From the IMG/VR virus record IMGVR_UViG_3300028883_000032, positions 41,347-105,346 of that record: DNA of 64,000 nucleotides; one strand, written 5' to 3'. The first letter of the stretch is position 1, and the number at the start of each line of letters is the position of its first letter. Below the pieces are notes generated by a model. That model saw nothing but the letters and a program-made list of their open reading frames with translations, had not been told where the DNA came from and did no database searches. This document shows, in pieces, positions 48,009 to 58,509 of the stretch. Position numbers and translations under genes: made by a program. The DNA comes from a virus.

Positions 48009-48461
48009 TTAGACCTTTTCGATGCCGATTACGGTGAATGTTGTCCCCAAGTATGTAATACTGTGAGGTGACTTATAACAAACTGCCTTAACCTGACCCG
48101 GGGTTTCAGAACCTGAAGCCGCGGTAAGCAGTCCGTCATCTCCTGTTACTAAACTTGTGCCAAGAGTGATTGATGCTCCTGTGTTGTATTTATCTGTAAG
48201 AGCTTTAAAGTAACCTTTAAGAATGGTGACTTTACCCGTCTCAGAGACATCAGGAGTGTAGCCAGCATCTGATCCTGTGCGGTCGCCCGCTTCAGACCAA
48301 ACCGGCCATGTTAATACGTTGGCACCAGTTGTTAAAATTGCCTTCTCTTGAGCATTTAGTGTTACCCAGCTTCCTTCATAGCCGGAGACAGACACGTCGC
48401 CAGTCTGCATCGTAACATCTTGGCGATTTGCAAGCTCGAGATTGCTTAACAACTTAAACAT
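48009..48461 (-). CDS. putative capsid decoration protein
   Basis: 150 aa directly upstream of MCP, GKVTIL and GTSLVT. Confidence 0.6.
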   Translation of the reverse strand: MFKLLSNLELANRQDVTMQTGDVSVSGYEGSWVTLNAQEKAILTTGANVLTWPVWSEAGDRTGSDAGYTPDVSETGKVTILKGYFKALTDKYNTGASITLGTSLVTGDDGLLTAASGSETPGQVKAVCYKSPHSITYLGTTFTVIGIEKV

Positions 48462-48473
48462 GTGGTATCCTCC

Positions 48474-48926
48474 TTAAGAAAGACTATTTTCGATTATTGC
48501 CTCTAGGGCATGAGCTGGATCAACTGAATCCAACCCGTATAGTGATTTTTCCGAAAGTATGCCTAGAGAAAATTCTCCAACTTTCGATAATTCTAGTGCT
48601 TTATCTAGAACCCTTAATTCCTCTTCAGATTTCTTTGCAAACGTTGCAGCTTTTTTAAACATTGTTTCAGCAGTAATCAATCCAGCGTCTGCCATTTTCA
48701 TGACTATGCGCTCTGCCAAATCTCTGTTTTGTGCAATCTTTACAATTTCTCTGTATTCCTCTGAAATTGATTTTATAGCTTCGGCCACTTTATTAAGCCA
48801 ACAATCCCCGTTTGATCTGGATTCAATTAATTCAGCTAGTTTGTCAATATCAGTTGCTTCAAGAGTTTCTTCGGAGGCCGTCTTTGGGTTCTCAAGCTCC
48901 TTCATCAGGGCTTGAAGGTTCATCAT
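48474..48926 (-). CDS. putative scaffold / head-core protein
   Basis: Helical, several K-x-A motifs. Confidence 0.55.
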   Translation of the reverse strand: MMNLQALMKELENPKTASEETLEATDIDKLAELIESRSNGDCWLNKVAEAIKSISEEYREIVKIAQNRDLAERIVMKMADAGLITAETMFKKAATFAKKSEEELRVLDKALELSKVGEFSLGILSEKSLYGLDSVDPAHALEAIIENSLS

Positions 48927-48979
48927 TGCCTCCAGTTAAGTATAATAAGGGGCCCCGGCAGGGCCAAGGCCCCTAAAAG

Positions 48980-49306
48980 TTACTCAGCCTGTTCAGCAGC
49001 TTGTAGTAATTCTACAAAACGATCAAAATGGCCCTGGGCTACGATTTTACCGTAATCATAGGCTTCTGCTATTTTTTCCTCATTTTCCTCGGCTTCAATT
49101 GCCTTGTTAATGAGTACTTCTGCTACCTTGACAACATCTTCTTCGGTATATTCTTCGATACCATCGTTACGAATCAATGCTTCCGCTTGTTTTGCAAACT
49201 CGGAAATGACTTCAAGACGTGCTTGGTCAAGTTCTGCTGTTTTTGTTTCTTCTTCTACTTCAGCAGGTTTAGCTTGCTTTGCCATAAATTGTTCAAATAG
49301 ACCCAT
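48980..49306 (-). CDS. putative scaffold / head-core protein
   Basis: Acidic helical, KTAE/KQAE/KVAE/KIAE. Confidence 0.55.
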   Translation of the reverse strand: MGLFEQFMAKQAKPAEVEEETKTAELDQARLEVISEFAKQAEALIRNDGIEEYTEEDVVKVAEVLINKAIEAEENEEKIAEAYDYGKIVAQGHFDRFVELLQAAEQAE

Positions 49307-49905
49307 TATTCATCATCTCCTTGAGTTTCGGCAGGGAAATACTTGTCATAAAGATCTGCGACAATTTTCTGTGCTCCGGTTTTCATACCAGATTCTGCCT
49401 GTAATTTAGCTTCTGCCGGTACCGGTGTAGTTGGTTGGCGGCCCGTTGCACCACCTATAATTCCAGCCGGACCCGCTACATAGCCATTAGGCCCCGCAGC
49501 ACGTTCACCATTTGTGAGCTGTGCAATCAGGCCTGCGATTGTACTTGGAAGTTCTTCACGAGATAACTGTACAGGATCTCCAGTATGAGCCTGTGCATCT
49601 GGTTCTTTACCTACGACACCAACTGCTTCTTTTGCTAATTCAGCTTGCTTATCAAACACACCTTGCATGTATATTTGACCCATAGCATACTGAATCTCAG
49701 CCATCTTCATTAGATCGACTTCCTCAGTTGGGGATTCCGCAGGAGTATTTTTTACTTCGGCTTCCTTTACCGGTTCCTCTTTTTCTGGTTCGAGTGCCGG
49801 TTTTGGGTCTTCCTTACCGGTCGATGCAGCGAGCTTTTCAGCTAACTTATCGACTGATGTTGATTCGCCTTCTAAATCCTGCAAGAATTCGCGCAATTTG
49901 AGCAT
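49306..49905 (-). CDS. putative scaffold / head-core protein
   Basis: KLAE/KEAE/KMAE/KQAE/KEAV, low complexity. Confidence 0.55.
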   Translation of the reverse strand: MLKLREFLQDLEGESTSVDKLAEKLAASTGKEDPKPALEPEKEEPVKEAEVKNTPAESPTEEVDLMKMAEIQYAMGQIYMQGVFDKQAELAKEAVGVVGKEPDAQAHTGDPVQLSREELPSTIAGLIAQLTNGERAAGPNGYVAGPAGIIGGATGRQPTTPVPAEAKLQAESGMKTGAQKIVADLYDKYFPAETQGDDE

Positions 49906-50002
49906 GCTCTTGCCTCCTAATAAGTTTTCTAATTATCGGTTTTCACCTACTAAATAAGTATAATACTATTTTTGTATTTGTCAAGTCTTTTTTTAAACTT
50001 TT

Positions 50003-50806
50003 TTACTTACCAAGAATTCTTTCTAAAGCACTAACCATCTGTGCCCTACGAGACAGTTCCTGCGGAGAAGTAGATACGTCCACTATACTAGCGGGTATGT
50101 TTTTTTCCATACTTCCTATTTTTTTAAGCATGTATGCCGTTTTATCAGCAGGAATACGAACAAAACTAATGTCAAAGAATTTTGGTTTGGTATTAATTGC
50201 TCTGGCTCTTCTACCGTCAGGGAGTATTGAATTAATACTGCTTCGTTTAAGATGTTTACAGTAGTCTTTTGTAGTTTTGGCTTTATTGTTACAAATAGAA
50301 CAAATATCGTAAGGTACTTTGCACCCCATACTAAATGGGGGATATTCGTTATTTAATATTTTAACTAAAAGATCTTCTGGTAGTTTTTTCCCATCTATAT
50401 CCAATACCAACTCCACACGATGCATGTGTGGGTTATAGTATGAAAATATTGGTTTTCCATAATATGGGTCGTCTGGTTTATTTTTATGGTGCCTAAATAC
50501 CTTGGCACTTGTTTCAAATGTTTTATGATACGCTTGTAAAGCTGATTCTGGAAACCCATCCCCATTGCGATTAGAACCATAATATTCATCAGCGCCTAGG
50601 GCGTTAACAATAATATAAATATGGTCTTCGGCCTCTTTAAGTTGCGATAAAAACTCCTCTAAAGGAGTCATAACCCCAGCAGTTTTCACAAACTGGCTCG
50701 GATGAAATCTTCTAATATTTACTCCGCCGTTCTCATCATGAAAAGGAATAGAGAAATATTTTTCCATGCCATCTGGAGTGTCTACTATATGTGTGAATTC
50801 GCCCAT
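50003..50806 (-). CDS. putative prohead maturation protease
   Basis: NRNGDGF, VFRHHKN, FSMGCKVPYDICSIC, FFDISFVRIPAD (S-M-G and E/D-x-S-x-V-x-x-PA pattern); between terminase and MCP. Confidence 0.7.
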   Translation of the reverse strand: MGEFTHIVDTPDGMEKYFSIPFHDENGGVNIRRFHPSQFVKTAGVMTPLEEFLSQLKEAEDHIYIIVNALGADEYYGSNRNGDGFPESALQAYHKTFETSAKVFRHHKNKPDDPYYGKPIFSYYNPHMHRVELVLDIDGKKLPEDLLVKILNNEYPPFSMGCKVPYDICSICNNKAKTTKDYCKHLKRSSINSILPDGRRARAINTKPKFFDISFVRIPADKTAYMLKKIGSMEKNIPASIVDVSTSPQELSRRAQMVSALERILGK

Positions 50807-50807
50807 T

Positions 50808-51434
50808 TTACATTTTAGGAAAGAAGGGTTCCATATTCGGTGCTTGCATGTCTAAAGTTGTAGGATCATAAAATCTAGCACCTGAAATAAGACTTGCTCC
50901 TGCAATCCCAGGACGTTTACGGGGTTTCGCACCCTCGATTTTATCTTGAGTGTTTGCTAGAGCTTCATAAGTTACAATCGGTGGTCCACCGGCGTCGTGT
51001 AGTTGTAGATTATGTTTCACAGTGCTTGCTGCCGATAAATCGTTTTTAGCCACATCGGGAGAAAAATGCCGTACCATATTATAATACATCTTAACCAAGT
51101 CGCGATCATATTCTCCAAGCGACGGCTGAATGGCCACCATTCTATCTATTTTACGGTCAAGCATTGCTTTATCGGCTGCAGATGCTAACGCACTTGATGT
51201 TGCATCAAACGCCTTGTCCATTCTATTAGCGGCTACCCCTGCCAATCCAAGGGCAATTGCCCCAGGAACAACGGTTCTACTCAACCCCTTTAGGGACGAC
51301 TCAACAGTTGGAGAAGGTCTGCCTTTAACTTTTTTTAGAGTTTCTAACAGTTTTCCGATACCTTCAGCTGCCTGTCCAATATTTTGTCCAAAACTCATAG
51401 GACCCGCTAATTTTGTAATGTTATATTTCCTCAT
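50808..51434 (-). CDS. head-module protein
   Basis: N-terminal TKLAG; central hydrophobic Gly/Ala segment. Confidence 0.6.
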   Translation of the reverse strand: MRKYNITKLAGPMSFGQNIGQAAEGIGKLLETLKKVKGRPSPTVESSLKGLSRTVVPGAIALGLAGVAANRMDKAFDATSSALASAADKAMLDRKIDRMVAIQPSLGEYDRDLVKMYYNMVRHFSPDVAKNDLSAASTVKHNLQLHDAGGPPIVTYEALANTQDKIEGAKPRKRPGIAGASLISGARFYDPTTLDMQAPNMEPFFPKM

Positions 51435-51436
51435 TT

Positions 51437-52429
51437 TTACCCCATAGGATTATATTTTTTTGGTAATCCATTCAACGGACTCATTTTTGCAGCTTGGATG
51501 GCTTTTCCCTCTTCATACCCTCTTTCTCCAGCAGACTTAGATGCAAGAGCAACTACACCCATTCCAGCAAGTGCAGAAAGTAATGCAGCTGTTGCCTTAC
51601 TTTTAAACTCGGCAGTTTTTTCAGAAGGATATTTTTCATCAAGCTCTGAAAAATCAGGGCCTTTAATGTAGGCCTCTCTATACTCATGGGCTGTTTTAAC
51701 AGCGTCATCTAATGCTTGGACAAGTCCCGATTCTCCATTAATTGGGGGCAGTTTATCCCAAGATGATCCAACAGGAATACGTAACTCGCTAGCTCTCTTA
51801 ACCATTTCGGTTGCAATGCCATCAGCTATGCTTACCAGTGACTCATCTTCATAAGTGGATTCCGCAAACTTTACCAAAATTTGAGCAAGTACCGCCGGTT
51901 CAGGTTGTGCCGGATTTAAAGCTGCTGTTTTAAAAGCTTGAAACAGCGAATCTTGCTTATGCTGGAAGTCTCTATCAATTTCCGCCATTTTAACTTCAAA
52001 AGCATCTCCTATCCCCTTTGTTGCATAGATAATGTCACGCTTTTCTTTCTCTGACATTTCAGGGAAATCAAATCCAACATCCTCTAAAACAGCTTTTTTG
52101 GGAAATAGCTCACTTGGTCTCATCATGTAGTCGTCTACACCAAGCAGGGTTTCGGACGCCTCTTTAGTATGGTTAACCATTCCCTCTACAATTTTCTTCG
52201 CATCGGCCACATCAAATTCGATATATTTGTCATCTGTTGATGCGTGTTTCTGAAGGAATACACGAGAATTGGCCTCTTCGACTACGCGACTAATTTGGTT
52301 ATAATTGAGATTTTTTAATGAGGCGATTTTGGAGATAGTGCCATTCATTGGAATATCTCTCGCAAGGAAAGCATCTGCTGCCTCCATTCCCCAACTTTTG
52401 TAATCGAATTCTGAATACTTATTAAGCAT
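51437..52429 (-). CDS. head-module protein with many K-x-A motifs
   Basis: LNYNQISRVVEEAN; about nine K-x-A motifs. Confidence 0.6.
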   Translation of the reverse strand: MLNKYSEFDYKSWGMEAADAFLARDIPMNGTISKIASLKNLNYNQISRVVEEANSRVFLQKHASTDDKYIEFDVADAKKIVEGMVNHTKEASETLLGVDDYMMRPSELFPKKAVLEDVGFDFPEMSEKEKRDIIYATKGIGDAFEVKMAEIDRDFQHKQDSLFQAFKTAALNPAQPEPAVLAQILVKFAESTYEDESLVSIADGIATEMVKRASELRIPVGSSWDKLPPINGESGLVQALDDAVKTAHEYREAYIKGPDFSELDEKYPSEKTAEFKSKATAALLSALAGMGVVALASKSAGERGYEEGKAIQAAKMSPLNGLPKKYNPMG

Positions 52430-52443
52430 CCCAAACTCCTCTA

Positions 52444-54057
52444 TTATGAAATATAACTTACTGGGGTTTCACACATTTCGCAAATAGCTGTAGCAAAAAT
52501 AAGTGAATGTACTGTGTCATCTGGATCAGAATTAGTATATTGTAGTTTATTATGATCTTCATCATAGTCTGCTACAATAGCCATTAAATCATCAGCAAAT
52601 GGTGTTTTAAACTGATCGTAGTGTGGAAAAACATATTGTTTAGTTTTTACTCTATGATAAAAATTAGAAATCGCCTTGTTACGATTTACCATCCAATGCA
52701 TGGCCTTACCTTGCCACTTATAATCCTCTTTTAAAGTGGCAGAATGTAGATATTCTGTTACTGCGTAACGGCCAAGACGCCTGCGTAATTCTGCGTTGGA
52801 GGCTTCCCCCATGCCACGATCTGCCCCTATTCGTTCAACTTCCCACGCTTTGGCTATTTTTGGTATTTCGTCATGAATGTATTCAAAATTGGCGTATTTG
52901 CCTTCAAACCTACGTATATATTTAACAACAAACCTGTCGTATTCATCTCGTTGTATGACACTAACCACGGTATAGCTGTTATCGCTGTTGGCGGGACCCC
53001 AGTCGATTCCCATGTAACTTGGTCTGGGTTTGTGTTTTAAAGTTATGGCTCCAGGTTGTCGGTAGTCTGGCATAATATACCCAGGATCACAAGCTGCCTT
53101 AATTTGTTCAGGGGTGATAAGAACAACACCATCATCGTACTCAAGACCAAGTATTTCGTTATAAAAGGTTGCTCTTGACTCTGTTTCGTATTTATAAACA
53201 ATGTCTTGCTCCCAATCAATCCATGGTGCCCCATAGAATTGCAGCTGAGATATCCTAAACCCTTCAACAAGATTTGCTCGAGATCGAGCAGACTGATTAG
53301 TGCTTATCCATGACCCAATTCGTGGATTAAGAATCTTCCCACAATACTTACATATTAACGCGTGAAGTCCTATATTCTTTTCTGTTAGAATATTATGTTT
53401 TCCACAGTGTCCACACTCCACAGCCCACTCATTCATGGTGGAAGAAAACCACCATTTCGCCAAGGTACCACGTTTTCTTTTAGGCGTGCCTGTATAATAA
53501 TTCCATTTATACAAAGAACGGTGCATAGCTTGATTAATAATTTCTATGCTGTCTTGCAGAAGATCCTGAGCCTCATCGTAACAAATCATATCAGCAGAAA
53601 GGCCACGAAGTCTGTCAGGACTTTGTAACGCATAGCGCAAGTATATTTTTGCGCCATTTACAAGAGTTTTGTTAAATACGTTATTTTGTAAATTTCTATT
53701 CCACCAATACTTCTTTATAAGGGGAGACTCTTCAAGTATAGGCGTAAAGCGATCGTACGAAAATATTTTTGTTTGGTCGACTGACGGAGAAACATACACT
53801 GTACGAAATCCCATCGGTCTGGCATCTTTGCCGCCTCGTTCCCTTGGCAACAAGGCGCTATTAGCAAATATAATATTTGCTAGAGTTGTGCTTTTTACAA
53901 CCTGTCGTGCTGTTTTTAATACTATGACATTCGCTGGGTCTATATTATATATAGGCCGCATATGTGGATAGGCATCCAAACTATACGGCATTCCATTCAA
54001 ATAAACATACGATTCAACAAATTCACTTTTTGTAAAATTAAGCGGTGCGTTCTTCAT
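52444..54057 (-). CDS. terminase large subunit
   Basis: ARQVVKST Walker A variant, RLRGLSAD, YDEAQD, TGTPK, MGIDWG and DDTVHS. Confidence 0.9.
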   Translation of the reverse strand: MKNAPLNFTKSEFVESYVYLNGMPYSLDAYPHMRPIYNIDPANVIVLKTARQVVKSTTLANIIFANSALLPRERGGKDARPMGFRTVYVSPSVDQTKIFSYDRFTPILEESPLIKKYWWNRNLQNNVFNKTLVNGAKIYLRYALQSPDRLRGLSADMICYDEAQDLLQDSIEIINQAMHRSLYKWNYYTGTPKRKRGTLAKWWFSSTMNEWAVECGHCGKHNILTEKNIGLHALICKYCGKILNPRIGSWISTNQSARSRANLVEGFRISQLQFYGAPWIDWEQDIVYKYETESRATFYNEILGLEYDDGVVLITPEQIKAACDPGYIMPDYRQPGAITLKHKPRPSYMGIDWGPANSDNSYTVVSVIQRDEYDRFVVKYIRRFEGKYANFEYIHDEIPKIAKAWEVERIGADRGMGEASNAELRRRLGRYAVTEYLHSATLKEDYKWQGKAMHWMVNRNKAISNFYHRVKTKQYVFPHYDQFKTPFADDLMAIVADYDEDHNKLQYTNSDPDDTVHSLIFATAICEMCETPVSYIS

Positions 54058-55015
54058 CGCTCTTATCTTTTTTCTTAGCCTTAATAACAGCCTCTATTTC
54101 ATCTAAGCCCATTCCAGAAACATCCTCCATAGTCCCACCACCCATTTCATTTGGGTCCGGGAGTTCAACTCCCAGCTCTTCCGCGCTTTTTATTGTTATC
54201 GAAGGATTAATGGTCTTAAGATTTATTTTTAGATCCGCATAAAGGTCTGTAGAATCAGAATCGCTGTTTTCCATATCACGAATACGGTCATATGCTTTTA
54301 GCATAAGATCGCCCCACTTCTTCGATTGGTCAGGGTTGTATCTAGAATTTTCATCAAAGTTGTAGAAAGACGTACGAAACAGTGATTCCAGCATAGACCC
54401 AAATGATCTGTCTGGAGTAAGGCCTAAATTATAGACAACAAAATCCTTGTCTTTTTTTAAGGCCATGGTATAAAGACGTTTCAAATCTTTGTTTTCTTCA
54501 TGCTGTCTATAAATTTCTAACTCTTCATAACTCCAACTGAACACATTAAAAAAGTATTTAAAAAACAACATGAATATTTCGGTATCCCAAGCAGTGCCTT
54601 GTCGTCCATTTGCATAAAGCTCTATGTCGGCTTCATCAATACCAGCCATTGCCATGGTTTGTAATTCTCTGCGAAGCCTTGGGTCATTCAGAGCTTTAAA
54701 TACATCTCTATACACGTCTATCGGAAAATCATCTACCGTGAATAAGTTAGTATCAAATAGATATGCAAACATGTCCTTTACTTGTAATTCGTTAAGGATG
54801 TCAACATCTATTCTAAAATTATTTGGATCTTGGTTAAAATGCTCTGGATACAAACGTGACAGTTGGCCACGTATTTGAGAGTAGGCATCACCTTGTATCA
54901 ACGGTAAGGAGTATTCTTTTAGTCTGTCATTAACAGTCTTTTGTGACAGAAGACGAAGAACAAGGACCTCACAAAACCGCCTATGCGGGATTAGGTAAAT
55001 TGGGTTTACTGCCAT
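54038..55015 (-). CDS. hypothetical protein (possible terminase small subunit)
   Basis: Overlaps the TerL start; helical; position only. Confidence 0.5.
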   Translation of the reverse strand: MAVNPIYLIPHRRFCEVLVLRLLSQKTVNDRLKEYSLPLIQGDAYSQIRGQLSRLYPEHFNQDPNNFRIDVDILNELQVKDMFAYLFDTNLFTVDDFPIDVYRDVFKALNDPRLRRELQTMAMAGIDEADIELYANGRQGTAWDTEIFMLFFKYFFNVFSWSYEELEIYRQHEENKDLKRLYTMALKKDKDFVVYNLGLTPDRSFGSMLESLFRTSFYNFDENSRYNPDQSKKWGDLMLKAYDRIRDMENSDSDSTDLYADLKINLKTINPSITIKSAEELGVELPDPNEMGGGTMEDVSGMGLDEIEAVIKAKKKDKSDEERTA

Positions 55016-55364
55016 CCTTTTTTTCCTTGCGTGTCAGATACATGGCCACCGGTGCCGAAGTGGCGCCGATGCCAATTAAAGCTAAATTGTTTATGTTTTT
55101 CATACTACGTAGTATTGGTTTCCAGTCTTCGGGATGAAGGCGTTTAAATTCGTCCAGTATGTCTTTTGGGATTAATTTGTGTCCCGCCAAGGACGTCGCT
55201 AACCCAACTGTACCTCCAGCCGCAGACACCGCCGAAGTATTCGGCGATTCCGAATGCCCAGCAACCCAGCCAACTAGCGGCGCTCCCATTAACCCGTATG
55301 GGGCATATCTTGTGGACGCCTTTGCTAGTCTTGCAAATGATTTAAACTGTTCTGGGCTGCGCAT
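54981..55364 (-). CDS. Gly/Ala membrane-like protein
   Basis: Hydrophobic glycine-rich segments. Confidence 0.55.
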   Translation of the reverse strand: MRSPEQFKSFARLAKASTRYAPYGLMGAPLVGWVAGHSESPNTSAVSAAGGTVGLATSLAGHKLIPKDILDEFKRLHPEDWKPILRSMKNINNLALIGIGATSAPVAMYLTRKEKKDGSKPNLPNPA

Positions 55365-55367
55365 AGT

Positions 55368-55667
55368 TTAGTATCTTGGTGCATTTGGAATCATGTACGG
55401 TATCTTAGTGCTGGCTTTTTGTTTGTTTGGTAATAAAAAACTCAAAGCACCACCAACGGCCGCACCCGTCATTGTATCTTGCTGTAACAAATGAGCAGAG
55501 ATGGCGCCCAGCATCGCGAATACCCCAGCACGCAACATTTTCTTAAACAAAGAGGGGTCCTTCGCTTTAAGTTCCTGAAGAAGCTGTCTCTGCTGTCCTT
55601 GAAGTTCCAGGTACTGGAGTGATTCCTGGTCTGTTATTGGCTGAACACTCAGTGGGTTTTGATTCAT
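55368..55667 (-). CDS. glycine-zipper small protein
   Basis: TGAAVGGALS. Confidence 0.55.
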   Translation of the reverse strand: MNQNPLSVQPITDQESLQYLELQGQQRQLLQELKAKDPSLFKKMLRAGVFAMLGAISAHLLQQDTMTGAAVGGALSFLLPNKQKASTKIPYMIPNAPRY

Positions 55668-55708
55668 TATATTTCCTACAACAATTACAAACGTTATATA
55701 CTACTACT

Positions 55709-56500
55709 TTATTTTCCGGCTGTCCAAGAATTGTCTTCGGGGGTGTAAATGGCTCGAACGGACTCAGACAGTGTTCTATTCCGCATACTGGACAAACTAT
55801 TTTCATATTTCTCCAACAGTAGTGACACCTCTTTTCTACGCTGGTTATCGGCGTGTGTCAGTTGAACCACCTTTACATAAGGTTCAGTATCTAAAAGGTT
55901 TGACCAATATTTCAAACCGTTTGTTACAGCTAACTGTGTTGGTAAATCACTTTGAGAACAATCCCCGGTTAAAGCAATTTGAGTATCATGCCCAAGACGA
56001 GTTAAAACCATTTTTACTTGAGGTATTGTAGCATTTTGTGCCTCGTCTAGGATAACGTACGCATTTGTAAGCGAACGTCCCCTCATATATGCTATCGGGG
56101 ATACTTCTAATTTAAAGCTGTCTCGTAATTCTCTTATTTTATCGTGTGTTAGAAGTATTTTTAGAGAATCATAAATTGGTCTCAAATACGGATCTATTTT
56201 ATCTTCTAACGAACCGGGAAGAAATCCAAGACTTTCTCCTGCCTCGACAATTGGCCGAGTAATAACTATTCTATCGACGGAACCGTCGTATAAAGATTTT
56301 ATTGCCGCATATGTGGCTAAGAGCGTTTTGCCCGTTCCAGCGGGACCGGTGCCAAACACTATTGGGAAATCAGGATTTAAAAGATCGTTTAAGTACTTAT
56401 TTTGATTTTTTGTTTTGGGTTTAATTTGTTTCAAACAACTGCTTGCTACTATTGAGGAATTAGTACGCTCTCTGCGACGGCTAGGTATTTTCTGAGCCAT
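55709..56500 (-). CDS. phoH: PhoH-family ATPase
   Basis: GPAGTGKT, LGFLPG, YMRGRSL, LDEAQN, LTRLG and GDCSQSD. Confidence 0.95.
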   Translation of the reverse strand: MAQKIPSRRRERTNSSIVASSCLKQIKPKTKNQNKYLNDLLNPDFPIVFGTGPAGTGKTLLATYAAIKSLYDGSVDRIVITRPIVEAGESLGFLPGSLEDKIDPYLRPIYDSLKILLTHDKIRELRDSFKLEVSPIAYMRGRSLTNAYVILDEAQNATIPQVKMVLTRLGHDTQIALTGDCSQSDLPTQLAVTNGLKYWSNLLDTEPYVKVVQLTHADNQRRKEVSLLLEKYENSLSSMRNRTLSESVRAIYTPEDNSWTAGK

Positions 56501-56508
56501 ATAGTGCT

Positions 56509-57129
56509 TTATGAAGTTCTCCTGGATTTGGAGTCAAATAATAAACTACCACCTAAACCAACTGCACTCGTTCCGAATATTGACGACGACAATGGGTTTT
56601 GCTCTATATATTTACCAACACGCTGTTTTATCCCACCGGGAGCTGCTCCTCTTTGTAAGTGTCTTCCCGCATTTTGGACTTTGCCAAGAATGCCTGGATG
56701 GCTTGTGGTTTTAACTGCTTTTCTCGCCGTTACTAAACCTTTAGCGATAACGCCGGCCGTTGCCAAACCAGAGGCCGCACCAACTACATTATTTATAGCA
56801 GAAGCGCCTCGATTGAGTTTTGATCCTAGGTTCTTAATGGCGTCTTTTGTACCCATATCTACAAAATCAGGTCTGGGAGGAGGGGTGTGTTGGCCATAGC
56901 TACCATGCCATTTAACTCTTGCACCATAATCACTAATAGTTGAAAATGGGTTGTTTGCTTTTGCATGTATTGCTACATTTTTTGGCGCAGACTTGGCAGC
57001 TGTCCAAGCTCCTACCGCTTTATTTTTACCGCCTGTAACAATGTCTTTGCCAATTTGAGTAAGGCCTACACCAAAATCACTGGTTATGGCTTTTCTCAAA
57101 GATTTTATAAATGCAGTCTTTTGCTCCAT
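56509..57129 (-). CDS. basic Gly/Ala-rich putative internal virion protein
   Basis: MEQKTAF N-terminus. Confidence 0.6.
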   Translation of the reverse strand: MEQKTAFIKSLRKAITSDFGVGLTQIGKDIVTGGKNKAVGAWTAAKSAPKNVAIHAKANNPFSTISDYGARVKWHGSYGQHTPPPRPDFVDMGTKDAIKNLGSKLNRGASAINNVVGAASGLATAGVIAKGLVTARKAVKTTSHPGILGKVQNAGRHLQRGAAPGGIKQRVGKYIEQNPLSSSIFGTSAVGLGGSLLFDSKSRRTS

Positions 57130-57175
57130 TGCATCCTCTTTTATATAGAAGTTCTATTGTAATATACTTATTTTA

Positions 57176-57916
57176 CTAGGCAATGTCAAGTCTTAACTTA
57201 ACTTCGTTTTTTATTACATCATTTACAGGAAAACCCCTTAGTCGATCTTCAACCCAATTTTTGAATGGGGTTTGTGCATATTGTCCTTGGGCCCTACCAG
57301 CACTATACCAATCCGCAATCGCTTCAAGGTTTGTATTTATATCCGTTGGTGAGGGGTGGTGGTGAGGATTACGTGATTTGTGCTGCGAAGTAGCTTGCCT
57401 AAAATCCGATACAACTTCAGGAGTTTTCTGCCCGAACCAATACCTACGATATGGTCCCCATTCTGAAGGAGTTAGTTTTGATAAATCATGCTTTAAAAGT
57501 TGTAGTCTAGGCACATCCAACTCCCGCCCAGCGCGGTATACATAATATTTGTGTTTAGTCAGGTACTTCGCATTGTTCCAGTTTTGTGAAAACCAATCCT
57601 TTAGGCCAGCCTCTTTTTTAATTCCCCCGGACCCCCTTGTATGGTTGGAGAAGTTGAAATTTTTGGGTTGCACGCGCAGCGTCGCGGACTTTTCTTCAAA
57701 AAATGGAGAAGTGTAAGTATGCTTCGTAATGGTTGGAGCAGTGGAATCCAAGGTATCTAGAATACCACGAAAGAAGGGTTCGTTGGACGACGCTGTGCTA
57801 GTAGCGGGAACACTATCCGCGGAGCGGATCATGTTGCCTACATGGTCCCTCGACTTGGTTGGGTCAAAAGAACCTTGCATAAAATACCCTACATCTTTAA
57901 CGACTTTCTGAGACAC
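57176..57916 (-). CDS. protein with C-terminal DUF5662 / HD-like domain
   Basis: KHKYYV, HDLSKL, HKSRNPHH and IADW-x-SA after KKEAG. Confidence 0.65.
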   Translation of the reverse strand: MSQKVVKDVGYFMQGSFDPTKSRDHVGNMIRSADSVPATSTASSNEPFFRGILDTLDSTAPTITKHTYTSPFFEEKSATLRVQPKNFNFSNHTRGSGGIKKEAGLKDWFSQNWNNAKYLTKHKYYVYRAGRELDVPRLQLLKHDLSKLTPSEWGPYRRYWFGQKTPEVVSDFRQATSQHKSRNPHHHPSPTDINTNLEAIADWYSAGRAQGQYAQTPFKNWVEDRLRGFPVNDVIKNEVKLRLDIA

Positions 57917-57930
57917 TGTTGTTGTTCTTT

Positions 57931-58509
57931 CTAAGATTGGAAGATTGATCTAGCGAACGATTTAGTACCAACTCTCCGAGCCATACGATACAAACCTGAT
58001 TTTGGATGTTTGGACATGAATTTAGCAGCGGTAGTACCCGCGAAGCCTAGTGCCGATAAACCTAATCCCCACTTACCCCACCTTTTTGCCCCGCTTAAAA
58101 TAGAATTCCACTTGTTATTCATAAAGCTCTTTGCGCCAAAGTAACCTCCGGCAGCAAGACCAGCGCCTCCTACCAGTGCTCCTCCAAGAGCCTTACCAAA
58201 ACCACTTCCTGCCGTAGAACTAACATTTGGGGTAGGTGTGGGAGATCCCACAGACGCGCCGACAGTATTATAGTTAAACTCCGCTACTTTTGGCGGATTG
58301 GGAATTTGGTATTTCCGTTTAAATGCAAGTGTTTTGGCAACATTTGGATCCTGAAAAAAGGCGGGAACATTAACGTCGCCACCTCCGGGATTTTTAGGAG
58401 ATTCCTCTATTATGGGTTGTGGTTCCAACTCAACAACTTTGGATTCAACTGGAAGTATGTCTGGATCTATTTCTGATAGTTTAAAAAAAGAAGTCATTAC
58501 ATAGCCCAC
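57931..58509 (-). CDS. glycine-zipper putative internal virion protein
   Basis: GGALVGGAGLAAGG; FFKLS and KVAE. Confidence 0.6.
   Translation of the reverse strand: MGYVMTSFFKLSEIDPDILPVESKVVELEPQPIIEESPKNPGGGDVNVPAFFQDPNVAKTLAFKRKYQIPNPPKVAEFNYNTVGASVGSPTPTPNVSSTAGSGFGKALGGALVGGAGLAAGGYFGAKSFMNNKWNSILSGAKRWGKWGLGLSALGFAGTTAAKFMSKHPKSGLYRMARRVGTKSFARSIFQS

Noticed and set aside
51437..52429. Portal protein call based on position after terminase
   Set aside because: Short (330 aa) and rich in K-x-A motifs with no portal features I can recognise; no portal identified in the window
53885..53915. Terminase Walker A reads RQVVKST rather than RQxGKS/T
   Set aside because: The other ATPase and nuclease motifs are intact; more likely a lineage variant than a pseudogene, and not testable here
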